64,000 nucleotides of DNA from Schmidtea polychroa (lineage: Eukaryota): NCBI GenBank assembly GCA_044892525.1, contig CM097888.1, positions 77,314,001-77,378,000 of the forward strand, given 5' to 3'. The notes below the pieces were generated by a model, which searched no databases, was not told the origin of the DNA, and saw only the letters and a program-made list of their open reading frames with translations. Both the position numbers and the translations under genes were made by a program. Positions 28,401-40,400 of the stretch are shown here, one piece after another (position 1 is the first letter of the stretch; each line of letters opens with the position of its first letter).

Positions 28401-31400
28401 GGCCATAATTTTAGCGGGTTGGAGACTAATTAAAAAATTACCTTTAACCCTTAAAGTTTTGAATTTTTAAACAAAAACGTTTTTAAAAATTCATTTTATT
28501 GGAATATTAAAAAAATAATTGAAAGCAGCTTTTGAAAATTTGTTTTTGTGATATTATAAATATTGAAAAGTATTCAACAGACAGAATTGAAAATATAAGA
28601 GATGAGTTTAATGTGGAAATGTGAGATTTGCAATCATACCTTTCATTACAATAAATGAAAGACGTGAAAAATCAGGTGATTTTACATATGTGAAGTTCTT
28701 GACGAAACATTAGTTCACCATGGAACTATTGGAATAATACCCTAATAAGAAATTTAAAACAACCCATTTGAATGTTGTTGATGAATATTTATATTATTAA
28801 TACGTTAATCACCCTATCAGTTGTATATGTATGACACCATCAAGTCCTGTATGGGCTATGTTAATCATACACGATTGACACTCAGTTTTAATGTTTCACT
28901 CATTCATACCTAGTTGATGATATGCATAAATTTGTATTATATTTCGAAAGTTTATGATGTCATTATTAAACATTAAAAACATCAAACATCAAACATCAAA
29001 CACTGTCTCAGAAAAAGATAACCCAGAATCTAGAGCTGCGTTAACAATGTGGTCAATTAAAAAAACGGTAAATTAGTATAACAAATAAAAGTTTTCTCAT
29101 TAAAATTTCTCATTAAAGTTAGCTAGTGTAAAAAATGTTTGAGATATTTTTAGATAGTGTTCTTTGACAGGTTAAAACAAATCAATATTGATATTAATTA
29201 ATTAAATTATATTTTTTCATTAATTTTCTCCAGTTTGCCTCATTATAATATTTTTAGCGCTAATTTTATCTAATAAATTAGAGAATTTATCAACTGACTA
29301 AAGAAATATATTTGCTGACAAACTGAAAGTAGCAAATTTTTGCGTGATTTGTAAAAAATAAAAAATTCAAGAAATTGTCAATATACAATATGTTTAATAA
29401 GCTCCTTGGAAAATTAGATTCATTGTAATTTATCTCATCTGCCTGTCACGCCCCTTAACAATGGTTTATTTTTAATAATTAAATGCTCTTCATTCAAGTG
29501 ATTGAAAAATATTTTTCTCAAATTCGGAACAAACGAATGAAGCGAAGAAATTGGAAAACGAAAAATAAATAGCAAAAATTAATGAAATTGAATAACGAGA
29601 AGTAATGAGGGCGTTTTTAATTAATTAGTTCAAATGAAAGTGAATAAAACAAAAACAAAAAAATTTGGGAATGGAAATATTTTATTTTTAATAAATGAAT
29701 TACTGGCACATTCGAAAAAAAATTAAAAGCGAAGAAAACAAAATAAAATTGAAATCGATACAGTAATCAATAGAAAATGGAATATAATCGTTAAATCAAT
29801 AATCCAGTGATAATTAAAGTAACAAGTAGAAATTATTTAAGTCCTAAGTGAAGCCAGAAAAGCAACCGAAAGCAAGGTGTTAGCCACTAGCAGCAGTTAA
29901 TTTGTCGTATAATTAAAGTTTTCCTAAAGTGCAATTTCTCCCGAAGGGTTGTAATAAGCTCCCAAATACGTTTGAGTTGCATTGAGTAATTGGTGTCATT
30001 GTAATCGGTATAACTATTTGTGGTATACAATCAAGTTATATTGTTTGGAATTCATTATTGTTGTTAGATAAAACACGCTCGGAGTCAGAGAGTAGTTATC
30101 GATTTGATAAACCACTGACAACAAACCCCAACACTTCTATATAAAAAGAAGTCGAACTACTGCAGCATTTTCATTAAAAAGAAATAAAATCGCCTACTAT
30201 TATAATAAATAATTCCGCTGAATATTTTGTTTTAATATTATTGTTGAATTTCAACGAAAGAAGCACAAAAACGAGGTGAAAATCAATAAAAACATCAAAT
30301 TCACAATAATAATTTAAAGTATAAAAATATTAATTAAAAAAATCAAAAATTAAAAATGAATACTTTCCGGGGGAAACTGGCATGAGTGGATGCCAAACAG
30401 TGAGACGAGTTCAAATATAATAAAAATAAAGTCAATGGGGAGAAATAATTACAAAAAAACTAAAATTAATTAAAAAATTAATTAGCTAATAGAAAATCCG
30501 AGCAGTGTGAGAGGACCCAAGTGGCAAATTGAATTATCCGACGAGTAATTAAATTGGGGCAAACTAGCCAAAAAATGAATAAATTATCTAAACCAATTAG
30601 ATCGGTAAGAAAAAGGTCGGGAAAAAGTATCCAAAGTAATTTGATAGGAAGATAATAAGATTACTAGACGGGTATAAAAGCGATCAGCAAGTAAACAGAA
30701 TTGCCAGTTGGTCAAAGAAAGAAAATGGATAGTATAGTGAAAAGGAGTAAAGTGAATTTAACATAGTGCTAGCCAGATCATTTTGAATCCAGCGTACCAG
30801 AAAGGGACATCTCTCGTTGGAAGATTTATCCCTGCGCAAGGTTCAGGTTCAAATCAATAAGGGTGCAGAGTAAAAATAGTTATTTAAAGTTGTTTAAATT
30901 GAGATTGTTTCATTAAAGTGTGTAATAAAAGAAAAGTGCAATTGTGATAATTCCAAGTAAATATTGTTGTGTTGGGTTGTTCGATTTGATTAATAAAATG
31001 ACACCTAGGAATCAGACAGTGACACCGACTTACACAAAATACCCTACAATATATATTTAGAAATCTCATGAACTCTTATAAAATTTTACGAAATTTTAAT
31101 AACAATGATAATGATAATACATTTTTATAACTTACTTTTGAATTCAGTAAAAAATTTTATATTAATATAAATATTATTTATATGAATTTAATTTGTATAT
31201 TTTATATTTTAAAATATTCATTAGTAATGATTACTGCATTTATGCAAATATTTTACTAAATTAATTTTCAATTATTTAAAACAATAAAATAGACAGAAAT
31301 ATGTTTATCAATTTTTAAACAATTTTTAAAAGTTTATTTCATCATTTTTACTAAAATCTTTACGTTAACATTTGCTCTAAAATAATAATTAATTTTTATA

Positions 31401-34400
31401 ATATATTTTAAAAATTTATTTTTCAAAGTAAAATTGTATTAAAATATTAAATATAATTTTATTGTAAATCATATCAATATAGTTAAATTTAAAAAATACA
31501 ATATTAACAAATAAAACATTGACAATTAAAAACGCATTTCTACTTCGAGGAGCACGAAAGAAGACTTTTAATAGAATTTATTGGACATTGCGTGATTCTG
31601 GGTTGTCAATTAATCAAAATGTATGATAAGCAATTTTGTATGAATGATTAAAACAAACGATTTCATTATTGAAAAATCAAATTGCATATGAAAATCGAGA
31701 AACATATGTCGTGACTTTATGCTTCAGGCATATTTAATAAGACAACAAGTCGTAAACATTTTCTCTAAACATCTTTCAATGATATTATATTCATATTATT
31801 ATTATTATATTTCACGATTTTCTTTACTATATTTTTAACAAAAATCTCCCGTTGAAAATTATTTCATTCAAACATTGTTGGGAAACATTGCAATAGATAT
31901 GGAATGGCAGGAATTTGAAGTATTTTACAGTTAATATTGATAAATGAAATGTGAAAGCGAACTTATGGCGAGCGCAATTTACTGATGAAATAAAATTTTG
32001 TTTGTAATCTATTTAAAACTTTAGAAAAATTTTGAATTTTATGGAACTAAAAACTCAAATAATAGATTTTTATTCACATTCTTTGTGGAACAAGAAGTTT
32101 GATGATATTTTTGGTAAGTGAACATAAATAAATTCACTTCTACGTCATTAGGAATTATAAAAACTATTGACTATCATCATACACCCGTTTGCACTGAATA
32201 AACTGAATAAAATATTATATAAACATACAAACTTACGTAATGAATAAACGCATTTAATATAGAAAGTGAGAAAGTGGTAGAAAAAATTAACACAAAAACG
32301 CAACACATAGTGAAAAATGCATGCAAATTTTCGATATGTAGAATTGTTGCATTGAATAAACGCACTATAATAAATCATTTACAGACATTTTTAGAATTTT
32401 TTAGAAAAAAATGAATGAAAAAAGTTTTAACGAAAATTCCGAAAACTCAACTTTGAGTTCTATAGATAATGAAGACATTATTTCGTAAAATTTATCTAAA
32501 ATTTTTAATAAATTTAATAGTTTTTCAGTATTTCACATTGCGCTGAAATCTCAACTTTGTCGTCCGATGTAGGGAAAAAACTAGAAAATCGTAAATTAAA
32601 TTAACCTAAATTTAAAACTTAATATTTCTATAGATTTTTATAATTTCGAGCGATTATTAGGAATTCACCAAGAATCAATCAGAAATATAATATTCAGAAA
32701 TATAATATAATATAATATAAAATATAATAATAGTATTAATAAATTAATAAATTGTATTTAATAAATTGTACGTAATTACTTAATAAAATAATAATAAAAC
32801 TCACATTATATTGAAATAATTCCAAATAATAATAATAACATCTAAAACTCCTGAAAATTTAATTAAAAATAATTTATAATAAAAAATGTTGATAAAAAGT
32901 ATTATTTAAGAGCTTGAATAATGATCTCATATCTATATGGATCAATATTCAAGCCTTAAAGTTTACTTTAAATAAAAATAAATTACTTGAAAGCCATTTT
33001 TAAAATGGCTAAATAAAAAGGCTAAATAAGTAGTTGAATGCATGTAGTTAATTTAACTACATGCATTCCAAAACATTTCATCATAAAGAATGACGCATCT
33101 ATAATTGGTTGTACATACCAACCCATATTTATTCAGTGCAAACAGGTGTATTATTATTAGAAGAAGAGAAAAACAAATTAAGTATGTAAATGTAATCTTA
33201 CTAACTCATCCAAATAGGAGCCTTGTATTCAAGTAAGTCGATAATTGAGGCCTGCATATTCGATTGTCATATTCAATTGGCTAATAGAAGACAAATCTGT
33301 CCACTGCCGGATAGATGAACACATAGTAATAGTAACATGCAGTCAGAACTAGGGTCAGAACACTCGGTAAATTCGGTAAATTAAAAATTCTTGATAGAAA
33401 TTTTTATTCTGAAATTTTATTTTGATATTTCCGATAGTGAATATGATCATTTATATATGTATATCAAGAAGCAACTGAATCTTTTCAACTTGTTCTTCAA
33501 AATGCTGAAATAAATTGTTTAATAACAAAAATGCGGCAGATAGTAAGAATTAATAGAAAATCGGCAACCAAAAATAATTTATTATAAAAATATGTAAAAG
33601 AAATCATTGCTAAAGAGCTTTGTTTAATTTTAGATTGTAAAACCAGGTGGAATAGTATATTAAATATGTTGGAAAGATTTTTATTACTTAAAGATGCTGT
33701 CCGAAAAATGTTTGATCGATTTAAAATTGGAATTTGATTCAAATGACAGAGAATTAAAATTACTGTCACATTTAATCACGTTTGCAACCCATCAAGCTAG
33801 CTGTGGAAACCATATCTAAAGAAAATACTAATTTATATGTGGCCGATGATGCGTTAAAATTTATGTTGGATGAATTGTCTAAACAAAATAATTTTTTAAG
33901 CACTGAATTAAAAAAAACCCTTAATATGCAGCATAAGGGAGAGAAGGACTATCTATTGAGATATTCTGCAATATTTGGACAGACCCTAATTTGTTTTTTT
34001 TCGAATCAGGAAAACTATGATACTTTTCATATCACCAATAAAGCAACAATAATCAAAAGTATTATGGAAAATCTTTCGATTATTGTTGTTGATAGTCAGA
34101 TTCAGTTAAATCATACTGATTTGGATACCAGTTTATAATCAAATAATAAAAATATTGACACTTCTACAGTTAATGTAGAAATGCCTATGAAGCAGAAATT
34201 ACACTATCTGAAAAAACAAAAAACAGAATGCCAGGAAGGATCAGTTCCACAACAAAAAAACAAAAGAAATTGACAATATATTGTGAAAAAAAGAATTGGA
34301 ATAATTTCTCCAAGAGAAAATACGAGTAAAGTATATTCAAATGGTATGTGATTATTTGATGAAAATTCATCCAACAAGCTTTGATTCAGAAATGGTATTC

Positions 34401-37400
34401 TCGGTCTCTGGGTTATTTTGTACAAAAATAAAAACCAAATTAGGGGATAGGACTTTAAATAATTTAAGTTAAATTATTTAAACTGGTAAAACTCTGTCGT
34501 TGATTGTATCGTTGGATTGTGAGAGATTTGTGATTCGAATATCCTTTGGGTAGTTTATTGTTTTGTTATTTACGATTAAAAGGACACGTGGAGTCAGAGA
34601 TTACCGACTTGAATTAATAAAACCCAACAATATTATTATAGTTTGGTTAGATTTATAATAATACTATATATTTTTTTTATATTTTTTATATTTTATATTT
34701 TTGAAATAAAAATCGTGAAATGGAAATTTAAACTTGGTTTTTGTCAACTTTATTTTATCTTTTAGTAAAAAAAAATTTTCCGTTTTTTTATTTTCATTTA
34801 CTGATTTACCGGTAAATGAAAAAATCGGTAAATTTACAATCCCTAGTCAAAACTACTTGACCGATGGAAAATACATTCAGTTCTGTCCACATCATTCGAA
34901 ATCACAAATGAACACAGTTTAAATTTAATTGTGCTTTGGTGTGTTTTCTAGATGAATATGACATACAAATTGTCTACTTACAGCAGATTCAATTTGGAAA
35001 TGGTGTATCTAGTGAAATAAATTTCTTGAAATTATCTGAGTCAAACTTTAATACCTTTAACCCATTTGCATTACAAACGTGCAGTTGTTCTTTGGCATTA
35101 AAACCAGAATGCATTTCACGCAATTAGTGAAGAGCTAATTGTAAACAGAAGTACTTTTCCAGGTAAAGCGCATTATTTTAGTTTCTATTTTATTATAATA
35201 AGAACGTTTTTTCCAATTTCACCACTGATTTCTTTTTCCATTGTACTTATTAAAAAGAGCTTGAAGACTGTTTTTTATATATTTACTGATTTATAGTCTT
35301 CAAGCTCGTTTTAATCTATTTTATAAGTTATTTATTATAAGAACTTCTTTTGAACGAGTATACGGTAATGATAGCTTTCCCAAAATAATAATTTGTTATA
35401 TACAGGGATATACAGGGATGTTTGGATATTTTTGAATATTGTATAATTTGACAAATGTTGTAAAATGTTATTCAAGTTTATTCAATAAATGGTTATTTTT
35501 GACCAATTTAAAAGTTATTTTGTCCACCATAACGATTTTTCTAAAGCATCTGAAAGGTTTTTATATACATTTTATCCGTTTCCAATTGTTGATTTGTATG
35601 TACTGTTCCTCAATTACCGTATGTTTTATTTTACCGGTAAACGGTAAATTGACAATCGTATTACCGGTAAAACCGGTAAATTTCGGTAATAAACATTTTA
35701 CCAGAAATTAAAACAAAATCATGGTTTAATTGAAAAAAAAACATTACAATATGTTTATTTCATACATATTATATAAAAGAAATCATTCAAGAAAAGAACT
35801 AAATACAAAAATTTAAATTATTCATTATTTTTGTTAACATTTTTTTCAAAAAGAAATATTTAAGGAAAACGATAATGTGCAAATTTTCATCCGATAACCT
35901 AGTTCTTATTTTAGTGCAAACTCGGCTCGCTATGGAGAATGTTCTTTCATTGTCTGTAGATGTTGGTTTTGCGGTTTGCAGAGCTTCGAACAAAAGTGTG
36001 AGATTATGACTTTTTTCCCCGGATACTTCAAAAAATAAAAACTCTTTCTGGACTGATGATAATAATCCTACTGGTTTACTGGAAATGGAAACCATAGCTG
36101 TAGAAATAGCATTTTGAAATTGAGATTTCAAGTCAGTATTTAAAAGGTCGGTCTCGACATTATCTTCTGAATCTGATTCTGCTGACTCATCTGATTTGAA
36201 TAATCTTTCAATTATTTTTTCCCAAATGCCACTGTCGATAACTTTGAACAGTAATCAAAGTGAACATTTCGTTTCATTAAATTTTTTGGATGAAGCATGT
36301 ACTGTACAAGAGACAATAATTTAATATTACGTCTTTTATCAATTTCTCTTTTCAAACAAACTAAGAAGTTAGAAGTTATTGGTGAATCGGTATTTTTTTC
36401 CAATGTTGAACATAACAATTCAATTACACTTTCCGCGGTAAATAGTGTAGCATCATTTCTTGCTAAGGCTTCTGCAGCAATCCGAACTGGCTCTAAAATT
36501 TTTAGAATGTTTATCAAATATTTTTCGTCTATTCTGGCTAACAAATGAAGAGAATTAAAATATTCTAAGGCTTCTTTTACTTCCTCTTTTACTTGTAAAT
36601 ATCGTTCTATCATGGGATCGATGGAATTCCAACGTGTCTTTATATCTATTTTTAATTCCAGTTCTTTGCCAAGTCGAGTTTTTATCTTCTCTTGCAAAAA
36701 ATCATTTTTCAATGACGACAATCGAAAATATTTAATGACGCTGCGTAAGGCTTGCAATTGAATGAAAAAAATTGAATGACTGTATGCATCATTTTCAATT
36801 GCCTCGTTTATCTTTTCAATTATCATATGGTTATCTGGTTCAGCAGAGTCACCATCATTAATGTCAGCGTCACTGTCATATTCCTCTTCCAAAATAATGT
36901 CTTTCTCATTTGCAATTGAACTCTGGTCAGTTTCATCAACATATTTTTGGTAGAAAAACTTGGTTACTGATAAATGTAGTGCATGGTTTAAGCATAATAC
37001 CGGTTCAACTGGACTTTCTCTATTATATTTTTGCATTACTGCTCCACCATCGTTGATTGAACATAAAATATGATGATCAAAATCTACGTTGAACTCATTT
37101 AATCGGTTTCTTATTATTGCCTGAATATTTTTTGCATCACATTTTCCAGTTATTCTTGCTAAACCAAGATTGTAATTTTCTTTGTCATCATACAAAATAA
37201 TATTGCAATATCTTCTATTTTTGATGCTTGTCCATTCGTCTACAGACAGCGAAAATCGTTTCCAATAGAAATTTTGGACTGTAATTGTTCTACAAGTTGT
37301 ATTTTTATTTTTTCGTAATAAACTTTTACCAATTCCATCGTGCCCGTTGAATTTTTTGGAAGCTTGTGTCCTAGTTCATTTATACTTTGCCGAATGAAAG

Positions 37401-40400
37401 ACGAATTTGTGACGCCATAATAAGAGAAACCATCTAAAGCACTTAGTCTAGACACAATCTCTTCTAAAGTTTCACGTTGTAAATAACTGGATATTAATAT
37501 TTTATCCTTTTTAAATGTAGAGGCAGAAGTACTAGAACCTGCATCATTATCAGCTGCTTTTTTGATCAAAATTTTATGTACAAGTTTAAGGTGCGAAATC
37601 ATTCCACTTGTTGAACCACCATCACATTTAATAGATTTTTTACATAATCTGCATATAGCCTCTTTATTATTGTCTTTTCGCTTTTCAAAATGCTCCCAAA
37701 CATTTGAAGAACCCATATTCTATTTCAGTGCTCTTCAACCTTTCGCAGTCGTCGGAACCCTTCCAAAAACTTTCGCAGTCGTCGGAACCCTTCCAATAAA
37801 AATTTCCCCATGTATATGTGGGCATGTATATATGTATTCAATTGGGGTTGTCGATGTGGTAATTTATAAAAAAATAATGCACTTTATAATATAAAATTAT
37901 TTTATTTAAATAATTAATGGCAAAAATATAAAGTTTAACATAAAAAAAATAGAAATTTGATATTAAATGGTACTCAATGACTAGGTTGAGCCTGTTTTTT
38001 GCTACAAATTACATTGAAATCTGGTACAATTCTTGTAATTTGTAGCCTCATTTCATTTTCAGCATCTAATTTATTTCTGTATTTTGTTTTTGTGGCAATA
38101 TATAGCGAGAAAGATCTTTCACACATATAAGTGGTCACAAATGGCATCAAAATTTTAATAGCTTTTTTTGCGAGGTCAGGAAATTGGCAAAACATTTCAA
38201 GCCAAAAATTCAAAATCTCTCCTTCAAAAAATTTTATTTTTAATGTAGAATCAGTTGAAATATCAATGTATTGCTCCCTTTCTTTTATTGTTAAATGATA
38301 GTTATTGCAGTATTCAACAAATGGATTTTGAACCCAATCAAAATTTTCTATCTGAGCAGGAAGATATTCCACAAAAGTATCTTGTAAATCAGATAAATGT
38401 TGCAATACATATATTTTAACATTTTCATTAATTTCAGCATTATTGGAGAGTAAAAAATCATCCTCTCCCGCATCCTATGATTATAAATTTATTTTTAGAA
38501 ACTATATTCAAATTTCAAAGGATTATATATTGAAATTTAAAGAAAAAATCGAATTATTCTCAAATATTTTTGATAATTTATACTTTTCTTACATTTTTAG
38601 TAAATAAAAAAAATTTCAATGTCATTGTAGCATTTCATAAATTTTCAAGGCGTAAAATTTTACAACAGAAAATTTTCAATGTATAAAATATAAATTATTA
38701 TATGTTTATTTATATTGAAAACTTTTTTTATAAGAAATCATAAAATTTGTTCGCGGAACCCATAATTTTTTATACGGAACCCAAGGGTTCCGCGGAACCC
38801 AGGTTGAAGAACACTGTTCTATTTAAACAATATTCTATTTAAACAATATTCTATTTATTAAAAAATATTAATTTTTCAATATAATTTTATTTTAATAATA
38901 AATCAATAACGTTATAGATAAATCTTATATTACTTACGAGATCTGCATATAGCCTCTTTATTATTGTCTTTTAGCTTTTCAAAATGCTCCCAAACATTTG
39001 AAGAACCTATATTCTATTTAAACAATATTCTATTTAAACAATATTCTATTTATTAAAAAATATTAATTTTTCAATATAATTTTATTTTAATAATAAATCA
39101 ATAACGTTATAGATAAATCTTATATTACTTACGAGATTTTTTGTTTCTAAAAATTTGTTTCTATGTATTACGAAATATTATTTATTTTAAATAAAAAATC
39201 ACAAAATCACATGCACAGTTCTTTAAATAATTCAGTTTTACTGGTTTTTATATTTATTGTTATAGGATAAATATAATATTTTTTTATTTTGCACAATAAC
39301 CGTATTACCGGTAATTTAGTAAATATTTTTACCGGTAAACGGTAATGTAAAAATGCGCAATTTACTGGTAAACGGTAAAGGTTTTTACCGGTAGAGGAAC
39401 TATATTTGTATGGAATTATGATATTTTCCACAAATACTTTTCGGTGTATTTTAATGGTTCTTTTGATTTTTAATTAGTATTCTTGTGTGACTTGTGTTTT
39501 CTTTCCCTGGATTTATTTAATTTGGTCTTAATGATGGTAGTAGTGGTGTCAATTTATTTATTTTCCTTTCTTGTCATAAATATCATCATATCGTCAATTA
39601 CAATAATTCACCCTTCCAGGATCATTTATGTCATTTTTATGCTATTAATACGTCATTTAAAGACAATCCGTTGAAGACCACTACTAAAACAATTATTCTC
39701 AAATTAAAATTGCGGGAGTAAATAAAAATAATTTGCAATCATTGAAACGAAATTTTTATGTATAAGACGGATTTTCTTTGTCCTGAATATAACTCCCGTG
39801 GAGATTGAATTACAACAATTTAAATTAATAAAAATGTTTAACAAAATTAGTGAGTAATATGTTAAATAATGAATAAAATGTTTATAATATATTTCCTTTT
39901 ATTTATACGTAAATAAAAATCCATTGCATTAGAATAATATTCTAACAAACTGTAAATAATCCTCAACACGTCATTAGTATTTAGCAAAAATTAAACCAAT
40001 TCCCATATCAATATTAACCGGATTATTGCATTATCTCGACAATATTTCTACGCACTTTCCAATTTTTTTACTGTTGAAAACTAAAATTTAATTCTAAATT
40101 TTGTAAATCAGTTTATTTTAAACATTCAGTTATAACGGAAATATATTTGCAGAAATGTAATTGTAAATTCTTAAATTTTTTGTCTTTTGTCGGCTTAGTC
40201 GGTGCTGAATATCTACGATTAATCAATAATTCAATAATAGAGATTTTCATGGATTTATCATGGCACTCTGAATGGATTACGATTAGACCATTTTGTTAAA
40301 TAAATTCTTATATTTTATACATATATTTATTTTTATAATCACTATTTTTCTATTTAAATTTTGATTATTCTAAATTTTAAGCATTGTGATTTNNNNNNNN

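Noticed and set aside
30380-30900. Possible LINE endonuclease remnant on the minus strand (LLVG*FNLP)
   Set aside because: A single broken motif; insufficient without a search.
35403-39509. CAGGGA...TCCCTG as TIRs of the large hAT
   Set aside because: Only 6 bp match and there is no TSD.
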